Positions 25,283-38,608 of a stretch of 64,000 nucleotides of DNA are shown piece by piece. The first letter of the stretch is position 1. Each line of letters begins with the position of its first letter. The notes beneath the pieces are model-generated. The model ran no database searches and had not been told where the DNA came from. It saw only the letters and a program-made list of their open reading frames with translations. This DNA comes from Phoronis australis (lineage: Eukaryota > Animalia > Phoronida). The translations under genes and the position numbers were made by a program. The DNA is taken from assembly GCA_002633005.1 (NCBI GenBank), contig NMRA01000363.1, positions 394,549 to 458,548 of the forward strand. Reading direction: 5' to 3'.

Positions 25283-26823
25283 TTTTCACTAAACCGGAAA
25301 CTGCAACAGATAATTTAGGAGAGTGGCGCCTCCTCTGGGGTAGCATGGAAATTAATGTAGGAGTTGTGAATCTGTTGTCTATAATCTATGGTGCTACTAA
25401 ATGACGATTATGGTAGGTCTTATCGTAGGCGGATATTGTTGTCAAGTGTGCTAAAGAGTGGCAGGATGAATGTTTAGATTGTTTCATTTATGGTACTATT
25501 ATCTAGCCGAGTTTTATGGCTTGAAAAGTCTGAAATACGAATACGCGTAAACAATACCTTCTAAACATTTCGTGGCGAATCTAGGGAGAGGGCGAGGAGA
25601 GAGGGAGGGGATGGGGGAGGGGGGTTCTTGAAATTTGAAAATGAATTGATATCCAACACAATTTCAAATTCTTTAAGAAAAACCCATAAAATACCTGGTG
25701 GACAATATGAATTCTGTTTCAGTGGCAGAGAATCACTGTGCATAATGCAGTTTAGTCTGCTTTTCTCGTTCTGTTCCACTTTTAAGTCCACCCGCGTTAC
25801 ATAATAACTAAACGTACATTGCAAGTCTCGTGCACATAAGTATTCGGCGGAAAAAACAGAATCACACGATATAAAATGGGGTATTACTCAGTTTCGTGCA
25901 CATAATAGGATTATCTGATCAAACATTTTAAAATATGCAGTTTCATGGTCTATCATTATTATTCACGAACGTGATTAAGAAATGCGGTAATTTCTAACGA
26001 ATGTGCTCATGCAGTAGTTAATAAAATGCGTTGACAACAATGCCATTGAATCGCTTCAAAATTCTAGGTACGATAAGCTAAACTGTAACCCAGGACCAGC
26101 TGATACCAACCCGCGATACAAATTCAAAGAACGGTAGCCCTAAATTTCACAAACACACCAAAAAGCTTCAACTCCGGGAATCAGATTCTATGGCCACGCT
26201 CTAAACTCCAGCTTATGATTGGAGAGTCGGTAATAGAATCTGGCCCCTGCACTGGAGTTTGGTCACCAGGTATGGGACCTCTTGTTTGAGTTTGCTGGTC
26301 CGGAACTGGAGTTTTGTGGGACTAGAGTTTAGAGGTGCTGTCACGGAGCGAGTGTCCACTCCTTGTACATATGTGTTATAGAACTAGTACCGGATACCTG
26401 TATAGTAGCATCGTAAATAAGTTAAAGTATAACTTACCGGAGATGACCTAAAATATGTAAATTCTCAAAGGGTGCGCAATTTCTTCGGAAGATCTTCCTT
26501 TACTTCAGTGGAAACAACGTCACACGTTTTATCGCAAACGTTGCCACGCCGTCCTGATAATCACGATCCACTGATATATCAATATTCAGGACACTTTAAA
26601 CACCGACCACCTCAAAGCAACATCCACCATTTTTATTGAAAAAAAAATAACAAACGGGACATAGGAGGTTTTAAGACTCCTCTCCTCGAGAGTAACTGTC
26701 GCAGCGTTCACAAAAGCATTCGCTATCAAAGGAAACGGAGATCTAAGTGCAAATACCAATAACAGAACAAATATACTAATGGAACAAAACTTGGCAATCT
26801 TAGGTGCACTTCGGATAGTCAAC

Positions 26824-26946
26824 CTGCACAGCTCTTCCCGTTGCCAGTGAATCCAGGTCTGCACCTGCATTCATAGGACCCGATGGTGTTCTCGCACGTG
26901 GCATTCTCATGGCACTCGTAATTTCCGGTCTCACACTCGTTTACAT
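26824..26946 (-). CDS. cbEGF exon
   Basis: 123 nt, AG/GT; DVNECETGNYECHENATCENTIGSYECRCRPGFTGNGKSCA. Confidence 0.9.
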
Positions 26947-27317
26947 CTGGAATATATTACGTGGCACAATGAACTAATTGGCCGTTGTCAAAATTTAAAA
27001 ATGTATTTGCTCTTATGAAGTAGCTACACGTAGCTTAGAAGCTAACAATCCAGTCACACAGCCAGTCTTTCCTGTCATGATATTCAATGTGTGTACGGAT
27101 GTTGTGAAAAATGAATGTCGCTATTCGTCTAACGTGCGGCGGAGACTTTCCGATGAAAGGAACTAATTCAAGGTCGTTTGACATATGAATTCTTTACGCC
27201 TTGTTGGCGGAAAACATATTCATTTACAGAACACCGTGTTTTCCATTGAATGCATGTACGTGTACATGTAAGTAACAGAACGAACAATTGCCAGTTGTTG
27301 AAATCTGTTAATAGAAA

Positions 27318-28481
27318 ACAAGACTAACGCGGAGCGTTGAAATGCGTCCACGAATGCATCGCAAATGGTGTGCATTTAGGGTTGTTTATTTGTATCATCA
27401 AAATGGCAAAATACGTCGAATTCGTCTGAAAACCAGAAAATGTCATCGTTTCTTTAAAAGAAAGCCATTTACCTAATGAAATTCATCGAGAAACTTCAGA
27501 GAAACAGGAAAATGAAAAACATGAAATTGCTACTAGGTGGCACAGTGTTCGTCGGATCCATCTAGGAGGCACCACAGTAGTCAAAGTCGTCGGAAAATCA
27601 GCAAAAGAACATACACGCCAACATTCACAATCATCTTGAGAGTGGTTTGGATGACAGCGGGACGGACGCCAAAAAAGACTCAAAAACAACAAAAATGGCC
27701 ACTAGGTGGCGCAAAATACCTTGAATCATCCGAAGATGAACGGATAGCGTCACCTCACTAATGGATGTCTATATGCCATATTTTATGGATATCGGTTGAG
27801 GACCTTTGAAGATACAGAGATAAACGTAAAAAACTAAAATTGCCACTAGGGGGCACACCGATAGACCGACTTGTCCGAAAATCGTCGTCGTCCGTTGTCA
27901 TCTTCATATAAATACATTTGCTAAATTGGATAAAGATCCCGTAGAGCGTTTAGAAGATACAGAAATGGGCGAAAAACAAACAAAACTGCCATTGGTAGTC
28001 GAAGTCGTCGGAAAATCATCGTCAACTGTCTTCTTCATAGTAAGAACATACATCCCAATTTGGGCCGCAATCATCCTTAGAGTGGTTTGATTGTTAGAGA
28101 GGCGGACGCCAAAAAAACGACTAGAAAATAGTAAAAATGGCGACTAGATGGCCCAAAATCCGTTGAAGCCCTCTGAAAACGGGAGAATAGCGTCAACTCA
28201 TTTACAGATGCCTATGTGCCAACTTTCATGAAAATCGGTTGAGGACATTTGAAGATACAGAGGCGGACGTAAAAAACTAAAATTTCCACTAGGGGGAACA
28301 GCTGTATTCGGGTCAGTACGAAACTCGTCGCCCTCGGGTGTAAACCCATATGAATATACCTTCCAAATTTTAATAAGATCCTGCAAGGGATTTAGGAGAT
28401 CCAGCCGCGGACGGCGAATGCCCAGACGCCCAGACAGAGATGACGGCAATATGTGACCACATATAAATATGTGGGCGCATA
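27318..28481 (-). mobile_element. Non-autonomous Helentron/HINE-like element with ~145-bp internal repeats (family A, copy 1)
   Basis: Subterminal inverted ATGCGTCCAC/GTGGGCGCAT; hairpins AACGC-GGA-GCGTT and CCACATAT-AA-ATATGTGG; GAC-rich microsatellite; homologous to 47534-49262. Confidence 0.7.
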
Positions 28482-28702
28482 GTGACAGTTCAGGCTTGCT
28501 ATGGATATTATCTAAATTGTTTCAATATAGATTGACTAAACCAAAACTTTCCCTGCCTTTTTCAACCCACGAAGAGATAAATTATTGCGACCACGAAAAC
28601 ATGTAAGGATGCGTACCTCAAGTCAATAGATTTTATCGCAGAATACATCCAAAGACAACCAGAGCATCGGCAAAAGCTTGCTGTACATAAATAAATTAAT
28701 AC

Positions 28703-28825
28703 CTGTACAGGACTTTCCGTCTCCCAGGAATCCAAAAAGACACGAACACAGGTACGACCCAACGTTGTTGATGCACTTGGCATTGCTATCGCATTCGAAT
28801 TGCTTAGCTGCACATTCGTCGAAAT
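28703..28825 (-). CDS. cbEGF exon
   Basis: 123 nt, AG/GT; DFDECAAKQFECDSNAKCINNVGSYLCSCLFGFLGDGKSCT. Confidence 0.9.
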
Positions 28826-30058
28826 CTTAAAACGAAATAACAAAAAGATGATCGCTACTTAAACGACCGGTATGTTTTTCAAAAGTTACTTCATATGCTA
28901 ACCCTGGCGTGTATTATTTTACGTGTATGAAAACTGGCAGCAGTTTTCTTTCCTATCTTTGGTAACTAGGGCATAGCACTGCAGCCCTCCAGCCACCCTA
29001 CTGTAATCGTCTGCGATAGGCAATGAGTACATTATCTTACCTTCATATTTACCAACGTTGCCATTGTTTCTATTCGTCGCTTCTCCCTAACGTTCAATGC
29101 AGTGTGTTGGTAATGCCTATTTTTCGTAACAAAAATATTACTGAGAACAAAACATAGGGCTTTTGATTCTAAAAGCACTCAGTCAGCACTAACCAAGTGA
29201 TGGCGTTTCCTAACGGTTCCCCATTCAAGACCAGCAGCGCGTTCCGTAGATGCGATAATGTCGCAAAAACGCAAGATCACGCAAGACTTCGCGAGATACC
29301 GCCAAGCATGACATCGTACTAGTTTAATAAGCAAGATCCTTTCGTCCCTCGAAATCTGCCACGTTCATTGGTTGGAAAAGCGAAACAAAAACGCATTTTG
29401 ACGAATAATAATCTAAAACCATGGTAACTACGCACAAAAGACTATCTTTTAAAATTCTTAACGGCCTTCTTTTTATCAATGAGCACATCAATTGACTAAA
29501 CATGTCGTTTATGTTACAGATTATTCAAATTCGTTTGTACCGCAAAAACGATGATAACAGTTGAACAGATAAAGAAATTTAGCACATACAGACATTACTT
29601 TGGGTATTGTTTTGAAGCTACATTTGTAAGCCTGTATCACATTTTATAATTTTATGGATTTAAACTCTGAAATTAGAGCATCTGCATGTAGGACTGCTGC
29701 TATGTCTACAGACTCGCAAAATGTCGCAAATTTAACGACACGTTTGGTTTGTCCCAATAGGGTCTGAAGTAGTTGTCTAAGAGTGGTTGAGAGCACGCAG
29801 GGACGAATAGACTCGTGAACCCGACACCTGAGTTGTCAAGCACACTTTCTGTTCTAGCCACAGAGGCAAATCTGGGTGTGACAAAACAAATTACAATGGA
29901 AACCCTTTTCAGTGAGAATGGCGTCATCATTTTCATAAAATAATTCATGTTTGTAAACAATATTCTATAGCTCAGCTGGTAAAAACTTTACACGTCTGCT
30001 CGTGAGACTCGACGTACGGACCACTCGATTCAATTTTACAGCGAAACCACTGGCAAAC

Positions 30059-30181
30059 CTGAACATTTATCCCCAGTAATAATGTAACCAGGTTCGCAGA
30101 CACATCTGTAGGAACCTTCCGTGTTTGTGCACGTAGCATTCCGGGGACAGACAGTAGTCCCCGATTTACATTCATCCACGT
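30059..30181 (-). CDS. cbEGF exon
   Basis: 123 nt, AG/GT; DVDECKSGTTVCPRNATCTNTEGSYRCVCEPGYIITGDKCS. Confidence 0.92.
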
Positions 30182-30320
30182 CTGTAAAATAGAAAGGTAT
30201 ATCTGTCAAAAGCCAGCCTCGAGAACATGTACGCGGTGACACTACAAACTTTGCAACCTTAAAGAGGGTTTCATATAAATTGAAGTCTCACTCTCTGCGG
30301 CTCAATTTCTCCCTCGTTCA

Positions 30321-30445
30321 CGCACACACACGCACGCACGCACGCACACACAACACACACACTCTCTCTCTCTCTTCTCTCCACCTCCTTCTCTCGCTCT
30401 CACTCTCTTTCTCTCCATTGTCTCTCACACTTCCACCCCCCCCTT
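30321..30445 (+). repeat. Compound (CA)n/(CT)n microsatellite
   Basis: cgcacacacacgcacg...ctctctctctct followed by a C-rich run. Confidence 0.85.
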
Positions 30446-30993
30446 CCCAAAACCCTTCCCACCACCTCCCTATTGCAAAACCCACGGACTTACATTAGCA
30501 GATCCGATTTCTGTGCTGTACAGGTTCGACTCGATTGCGTAGTTCTTGTTTGCTGTGCATGCTGGCGGCTATCATTGCATGAACTTAACATAAAATAAGA
30601 ACCATGTTGCAGTGAAGATGTATTTGATGTTTTTTTTCGTGTCAATTTACCCTCGGTCCTTAGTGTTTACCGTTCCCGTTCAGCTGTGTCGTTGAATGGG
30701 CTGAGCATAAATGGTAATGTATTAATGGGGAATGCTGTTGATTTGTAGACTTTCGACTTTTGTAAGATCACCAGTATTTATAGTTTTTGACGCAGTGTCA
30801 TGCCTGAACATTTAGATTGTAGATGGTTAACTGGATCGTTTGAATACGTAAGTCTCTACATGGCGAGTCCATTACTTTACAATTGTGTTCTGTTGGAAGG
30901 ATGAGTGACAACTAAATTTGATGAATCTAGAGTTGAAACATCTGACACTTGACATGAAATCTGACAAGTTTATGAAGAACAAAGCACACAAAC

Positions 30994-31116
30994 CTGTACA
31001 ACTCTTGCCTTCTCTTTTGTAGCCAGGTTTGCAATGACAAGTGTAGGAACCTAGTGAGTTGGTGCATATAGCATTTTTGTGACAGACAGGAGAACCGGAC
31101 GTACACTCATCCACGT
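30994..31116 (-). CDS. cbEGF exon
   Basis: 123 nt, AG/GT; [41 protein letters not shown]. Confidence 0.92.
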
Positions 31117-32029
31117 CTAAAAAAGAGAAATATTAGCCTGTCACCAACCTGAGGAAGTTACACTACGACAGTGACAAGTGGTATGGTGTTTACAATTTGA
31201 TTTTTAGGAACTTAAGCGGAAGGAAGTGGAAACTAGACTATAGTCAAATCGGAAGTCATGTGATTGCTGACGTCACCATGGTTGTAGGGCGTAACACCGT
31301 CCACCAGCCCAAAGTTCAAGATGGGAAACTAAAGAGACTTTGAATACCTTCAAATCGGGTTGTAGCGACCAATCGAGAGTGGGAACAAAAGGTTTCCTTA
31401 TTTCACCTACACCAGTGCCACGTGTCGTCGTTGTATAAGTTATACCCTTTGCTCTCTCTCATTCCTCAACAACAGATGTTGTGTATACCCAACCCGTGAA
31501 AGGTACTAAACAAATCTGGAGACATTGTAACCATCTTAGAGAGAAAATACACCTTTTTATCTCGAACGCCGGAAATATTAGAAAAAATGATTAGTTATTT
31601 GACCAAGTCCACAATACATTGAACTATGTTCAAGTTGTTGGAGAGTTATCATTTTCTTAACCTTTCACTTTACAGATTTTTATCTTTCGTTTCGCGTATG
31701 TGGTTTCTATTCCTTCGTTGTTTTCGTTCAGCCGTCTATATTCAACTTTCAAGAGCCTTTTTAAATACCAATTTTATTTTTAGTTTATTTCTTAGATGAA
31801 CCATCATCTAAAGTTGACTATTGGTTTTGTACAAACAGTACATCTATGGTGAGTTTATTTATTATAAGCAATTCTAATTACTCTAACATTTTTATTAATT
31901 TTCTTTATCCGTAAGCAAGTATTGACAATAGTCAGCTACCAATATTTCAATTTCAATATATTTTTATAATCTGTGTAGCGTAATACCATACTTTACAATG
32001 AGCGTTTAGACGTTAAATATATGTATACG

Positions 32030-32463
32030 AGTAACACCCGTCAACAAATTTTAAAACTGAGCGGTTGCTGGTTTTAGTGTCTTTAACAAACAAATTTGCA
32101 ATAAAGTCCATGTTCCTTCCTCGGCACCGATATAACAAATATAATATACAATATTGTCCAAAAACTGTCGACGAAAGTCCCTGAAGTTGTCTGGTCTGAG
32201 TTGTTCATCGATTCGTATTTCTATCGAGATGGGCTAGCAAGTAGTCTGGTAGCGGTTGCACGGCGTTGGAGTCAAAATATTCTCCTTTTCCATTCTCGGT
32301 CAGGTAAATAGCCACCCAGTGTGTTCCAGGTTTGTGGCTAGGATCGTAATTTGCAAACGTAAGCATTCGGACGTGAAAAGACATCACTTGCAAGACAACC
32401 GCTAAAGACCTGTCCGACAAAGACACCACTTTCTAGAATTGAAGTAATCTGATCAGTCCTCAT
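32030..32463 (-). pseudogene. Polinton adenain-like cysteine protease, disrupted
   Basis: MRTDQI start overlapping the MCP stop (ATGA); NYDPSHKPGTHWVAIY...EYFDS; QLQGLSSTVFGQYC, where the usual catalytic CG reads FG. Confidence 0.85.
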
Positions 32464-33390
32464 GGTGTGAAAACAAGCAAGGCGTTTCTAGGTCTGTCAA
32501 TTTCCATAATGTTCTCAAACTCGGCATAACAAACGGCTTAGATTGTAAAAGGCAATGTCGATGCGAAATAGGCTTCCAGGCGGAAGTTTCCTTGTTTTTG
32601 AGAGTAAGCGACCCCATCCGATAGGTCAGGGGTCAGATCAAAAGCAAACGTCGTGTTACCCCCGGAATAATCCAGACGTCCTGTCAGTACCTTCGACCTC
32701 GTCATTGAGTCCGATTCCCGAAAACAAGGTCGTGAAAACCTGGTTGTGGTGGCATTGACGGAACCTGCACCCCATCGACGTAAAGAGAGGGATAATTGAT
32801 GTTGTAATGCTTGAAATTGAAAGGGTTCTTGGCATACGATCTGTTGTTGGCGTCTGTATCACAAAAGTCCTCAGCAACGCTATTTGGAATTTGATCTAAA
32901 AACAAATTAATCCTCTTGTGTCATGTCCGGCTGGGATGGAAAACACTTTGCACCTTTATGTGTGCGAGGCTTACAGAGGGGCTGAGTTTCACTTCCCTGA
33001 CGAATAAGGCGGCGTCTTGGATCTTGATTTTTAAACTCGCACCCTATGTCGGGGACATGACGGCGAACGAGTTCTTGCGCCGCACCAAGCGTTTGGTCAA
33101 CGATGCTGAATAGGTTTCTGTCGTGCATAAATATGTCACTGTGAAGTTTACCGTTCATGTTTATGGTAGCGATCCCTGCCGCAATAGTTTTACGCGTCTT
33201 GCATCTTACATTAACGTCGCTTTGGGTGTGAAATTTGCCGCTAGTGTCCTTGTACCATAGTGCTGCAGTCAAATGACTATTCCTGGGCTCGCTTCCGTAA
33301 GACAACAATGTTTCCAAATATGCTGTGTAGCTACAAGTGGTGGTTGAAGGAGAAAGATTTTTGTTCAAGGACAGGCCAACTTGTCTAAAC
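32460..33390 (-). pseudogene. Polinton major capsid protein (PY/double jelly-roll), N-terminally truncated and frameshifted
   Basis: YTAYLETLLSYG, LWYKDTSG, GKLHSDIF, KNPFNFKHYNIN, LYVDG, FAFDLTPD, YAEFENIMEID motifs in the order expected for Polinton MCP. Confidence 0.85.
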
Positions 33391-35206
33391 TAAAGCACCT
33401 TATTAAAATGCAACAGTCGCAGAGAGAGGTTGAAATAATACTTAACTGAAACCGTAAAAAGAAAGTTTTTTTCTCTCTGCTAGGTGGTAACAATATCTCC
33501 TTTCACGTGTTAGGTATACACGATAGTTGTTGTTGAGTTAGGTGGTTCCAATATCTCCTTATTAGTTTAATAGTTTTCACGCGTTAGGTCGAGAGAGANA
33601 GAGAGCCTTTCCCACTCTCGATTGGTAGCTACAACCCGATTTGAAGGTTTCAATTAGTGTCTCGTCTTGAACAATGCCTCGCCTCACAACCAGGATGACG
33701 TCACTCCTTTCTCGTTTATTTATCACTTGCGTTTGACCTTCCTTCCGGTTTGCGGATGACGGCCCTTCCGGATCCACACTTGACCTTTGACCTCTCACCT
33801 CAGACCTATGACATTTGACCTAGGCGCCGCTCAAACAGGTTGCCGAAAAAAACTTACTGTACTACTCACGGAGAATGATTTTAATAAACGTGATCACATG
33901 ATAATCACAACATATGGCCTTGCTTGTGGCACATCTACCTCAAGAGCACGCGTTCGAAACTTTCCGTTAACGTTCTCCGAAAGCACCAATATTTAGATTA
34001 GCCAATTTATGCACACCATTTGCAGTTCAAAGTGATGCGACAAATACAGATACACGAATATAATGCAAGATGCCGAATTCGGAAAACTGTTGAAAATGTT
34101 CTCTACTCTCGGAATTTGACCATGTGGCTAAAGAGTGAGAGGTCTCTCAAACCTAGTTGCCCCTTTTGGGAGCACGGTAAAAAGTATCTGTATATTGACT
34201 TATTTCGGGCCTGGTTTGATAGCGCCCTGTCTCTGGCCAGATGACACAGGGAACCCTTGAGGTTTAATACTCAGACTTTTGAGTCTCGAGCCGGTTGTGG
34301 CTGGTGCAATGCAACGGAAACTTTGTGTATCAAGAAATCTTGGGCAAGCCACGGTGGAGAGAGTAGCGCCTGTTGCAGTAGGTAACGTGATAGATATATC
34401 GAACCTGGGAGATCATCTGTGGCAGCAGCCCTTTCGCAGGGCTTACTTCAGGAACCAGGATAGAGAGCTGTTCAGTGTCACACCCTATGGGCCTACAGAT
34501 GCGGGAAAGCATTTGACCGGACTTTGTTGCCATGCTATGGACAGGGTAAATGGAGGTTAGGACCTAAACCTCAACCTGTACTTGTTACATGGATCCAGAC
34601 TAAAAACGGATGACCCAACCTGGTTGGGGTTCAAGTTACCAGTGCATAGGGCAGTCAAATGTGTCTTTGTGGCCACGGACGCCCGCCACAAAGACTCCTC
34701 CCTAGGACTGATATTGCAAGTGGTAGCACCTCATACCGTGTACACTTGCCCTGGGAAATCACTGGACTCTTCTATGGGTGTAGAAGGTGGATGCTGACGC
34801 AAAAGATATCCAGGTGGAGCGAGATGTGGCTTAAAGAATAAGGTCCCTTATGGTAGCGTGGCCAAGAAAAAAATCATGTGGTCTTTGCCGCTGTAAAAGC
34901 CTGTTAAGGCAACACTTAAATACAGTCTCCAGCGGCTAAAACACCTTTATGACACCACAAATGCAAGTATTGTTCATAAAAATGTTGTTTTTGATTCTCA
35001 CATACCACAGAAAGTAATTAATTGCGACGGAAATTACACCGCTCAAAATTTGGAGCCCCTACGAGCACCCCACAAAAAATCTCAACCAATCAGCGTAAAG
35101 TGTTTCAAATGACTTCACCATGGCAACGAAATTACTCGAAAGCCACACTGCCTAACATCTGAGTGCCATTTTTTGGATGTTCAGTACTTGTCGATCTCTC
35201 GGCTAA

Positions 35207-35392
35207 AGTGCCGGGTTGCGTGGTGCTCGGGTGTAGCAATGTCAGCGGCAATGACATACTTTTGCAAAACATCCTCATCGATCCTGTCTTGTGCCGTGCG
35301 CCGGTGGAACACATTCGTATCCAGAACCAAGGACGGGCGACCGCTCTTGTGAGTTGGCTTTCGGCGATTACGTCGCCTGACAGTTTCTTTTC
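35207..35392 (+). pseudogene. Degenerate THAP zinc-finger remnant (DNA-transposon derived)
   Basis: PGCVVLGCSN...IDPVLCRA...IR...DSF follows THAP spacing, but the conserved W, C and H are lost. Confidence 0.45.
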
Positions 35393-37271
35393 TCTACATT
35401 TATTCATTTGTCAATTGTTCTTAGCTGTCACAAGGTTGCATATATGTCACAACAAATTGTCGGAACTGCTTTCATTTCGTTACAACTTTTTAGTATTTTT
35501 AAGATAAGCAAACCGAATTTTAGCATAAACTTTGCTGCTGCGAAGCTGTCATCATGTCCCAAGAGACGTCACAAAATTTTAAGGACGGCGCGTACGCATG
35601 TCACGAGCAAACTGTTTTCAAAACTACGACAGACTTTATTTGTTACAAAAGCGGAGAATTATGCTAGAAAATGACGTTTATTAGATTGTTTTTCATTTAA
35701 ATGACTGGCAACGGGCAAGGTGAGTGTCGGAATTGTCTCCCAGATTTTGCATGCACTCTGTCGGTCGTTGGCTCCGCGATATAAGCTTCACGAGGAGGTG
35801 ACTAACACAACTCATACCCGGCCTGTATGAAATTTTGTGATTTAACGGAGCTCAATTCGCAGGGAAACCTAGCTGTATTTTTGCGATATTTTTCAAACAG
35901 CTAACTGGCTGTCTACAATTCTACAGTGCGCACTTTGACTTTCTTTGATGATGAACACTCCTAGGAATACCAAATCTCACACTGCTCCACATCAAGTCCG
36001 GGGCTGCGGTTATGCTATCCAATGATGTAACTTCAAAAATCCTGCTTGGATTTAGCGATAGGGACACCATTGCAGTGTCTTGTGGTAAACTAAGACCAAA
36101 TTGTATAATACGCACAATATGGTGGGTTAGAGCCTACATGTACATGTATACTGAGGTCAGAGGACTCCGCTGAAAACCCATTCCCACCTAAATTGCAACA
36201 AATCACCAATCACTGCAAAGTCAATGGTTCTAGAGGTTATTGTTAGATGGTAACGTTTAATATGTAACAAGAGTCACGAGTTTAAATTTTTTGTCAAAAA
36301 CCGGCAAAATACTATAGACCTTACTCTGACTAATTTGTCTGCAGCAAACGTGGTAGCAAACACAAGAGTGGATAATGTACTCTCTTCATCTGGCCACACA
36401 TAAATCAGGTTTTAAGCGACAATTTCTTTGTTCCGCTCTTTTCTAGGTTTTGGAACACCAATGATGTTAGCTGGGAACCCTATCTTTCAAAGGTTTCCAA
36501 ACTCCTTTGTACGCTGGAAACAAAAAATTTCCGAATTCTTTCTGATGTTAACAAATTGGCAGATGACATTAACAATGCCCTAACAAAGTCAATACTTATT
36601 TATTTCCTGTCCCAAACGCCAAATTAAGATCTCTGGCAAACCAAAACAAAATATTTGGTGGACCAAAGAACTGGCAGCACTTCGGGGCAAGGCACGAATA
36701 GCTCACAAAGCTGCAATTCAGACAGAGAGACGGCTGCTGGGATGCATATCATCTGTATGGTCGCATATTTAAACCTGCCACACACATGCTTCAATGTAAT
36801 TCCAAGAGGAACTTTGTCAACAAACCAACACCCTCTCTGCATCTGAAAGGATGTTGCAATTGCTTAAGAAAGGCAATCCTTCAGGCTCAAAGTCATTCAG
36901 AAAGAGGATGGCTCATACACGCAATCCCTCGAGGAAACGCTCGAGGTCATTAGGGTTAGCACTATCCCAATATTGTAAGCTTTTCAAGTCAATTTTCAGA
37001 AGTGACGGATTCCAAGGAGTGTGAACCGTTAGCCTACGCTGATGTAGAAAACGTATCCCCACCACATGTTGTGCAGTTGGTTTTTTTAAAGCATGAATGT
37101 TCCCAAGACTAGCCACGATCTACCTTAAAATGCTGCAAGAGCCCCGGACACCATTATTTCATGTACTCACAGCAATTTACAAACCCAAACTAGGTTGTAT
37201 TCCCGCGACTTGGAAAATGCCAGGGAAGAATTCATGCCTTTTGGCTGAAAACTTTGGACCTATAACTTTAA

Positions 37272-38007
37272 AGGAGAATGCCACCCGACTTAATTAGTCT
37301 TTTTTACCGTCTTAATCGGTCTATATCCACATCGCCTCTTATGGGATCGACCTCACCTTGCCAGGAGATTTCGCGTTCACCTGTGAGAAAGGTGAGAAAC
37401 GACGCAGCGACGTCAGTGGTTCATCTGCAGAATGAATGCCGCTATATTGCGGTGTATCGTTCCCGCTTGTCCGAACTATGAAGCTGTGAAGAAAGCGGCT
37501 ATATCGTTTTTTTGACTTCCTCGAAAGCCCGAAATACTTAGGAAGTGGCTCGCGGTAGTGAAGAAGGAAAGTTACGCTGTTAAAAGCAAGTGTGAGGCCG
37601 TTGTCTCCTTGTCTGTTGCCGGCATTTCATCGGCAGTGATTTCTCTGACGACTTCCAGCTTACCAAAGAACTATCCATACGTTCCGTTGCCTGTGCATGT
37701 TCACGGCGCCTCTCTAGTATTGATCATGTATTCCGGTTCGAACTGATACCCTGTGAAACCTAACGATACGACCCGTGAAGTCTTCGTCGGATGAGCTCTC
37801 GACTAAGTCGGGATTGGCGGCGGGCGAGTTCCTATTTAGACGTTTATTATTCTGCGTTCTGTTTCAAAATGAATGATTCTCATCCTAACCAATGCTTATA
37901 TAAAACTGAAACAAAGTCTGTCTCATTAGATATGTGCCGTTATCGAGTAGAACTGCTGGATCAAAATTGATACAAAATAGGTTTTGTTTTTTGGGTGACA
38001 TTCTACT
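37272..38007 (+). mobile_element. Non-autonomous Kolobok-like element with THAP remnant
   Basis: TTAA on both sides; TIR AGGAGAATGCCACCC / GGGTGACATTCTACT (13/15); 37436-37650 reads CIVPACPN...LPRKPEILRKWLAVV...VCCRHFIGSDF. Confidence 0.8.
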
Positions 38008-38272
38008 TTAACATTCGCCCTTCTCAAAGGACCACAGGGTGACGTTGCCTCACCTACCGTTTTCATGGTTATGGATGGCCTGCTTCGACCAATATCGTCT
38101 GACATGGGTCCAAGTTTAATAATTCAAGCCTATACAGACAACATTGTTTTCAGTGTGTCCAGCATCGATCCAGGCACGTGTGACTACTCGTAACTTGCTC
38201 AGAGAGCACTGAACACAGCAGTGGCATGAGCTAAAAACTGGTGGCAGCAGAACAAAGGTATTGTGTTCACTT

Positions 38273-38418
38273 GGGCTCAGTTGCATAAAAGCTATAAGCT
38301 GTATAGCAACAATGATGTCGCATTATCACGCGCACGTTGTTGTTGTTGAACAATGCTCCTGATGTCAAAAATCAAACTTATCCAGCGGATAACTTTGAAG
38401 GTTTATGCAACCCAGCCC
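38273..38418. mobile_element. Small Harbinger/Tourist-like MITE
   Basis: GGGCTCAGTTGCATAAA...TTTATGCAACCCAGCCC inverted termini (15/17). Confidence 0.6.
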
Positions 38419-38463
38419 TTGAGACTGAATGGTCAACGCGGCATTTAAAGCTGAATGGTAAAC

Positions 38464-38608
38464 CATGGGCGGCGCAGCACTGAAAAAAGTGGGCAGCCAT
38501 AGCCCTTCAGCTCCCTCCTGTAATGTACCGCCAATAGACCATGGGTGGCGTTGCTCTGAAAAAAGTGCGGGCTATAGACCCCCAGCCCCCTATGGTCCGC
38601 CACCCATG
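38464..38608. mobile_element. Tandem pair of ~70-bp CATGGGYGGCG mini-MITEs
   Basis: Two similar units, each containing CTGAAAAAAGTG; outer termini CATGGGCGGCG...CGCCACCCATG; flanks GTAAAC / TAAAC. Confidence 0.6.

Larger units (their letters stand above)
31177..33866 (-). mobile_element. Internally deleted Polinton/Maverick (adintovirus-like) element bounded by degenerate long inverted repeats
   Basis: Inverted repeats 31268-31560 and 33460-33705 (core 31347-31385 vs 33609-33647 matches 38/39). Right end reads 5'-AGTAGTA on the minus strand. Encloses capsid and protease remnants. Left end approximate; no TSD seen. Confidence 0.75.
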
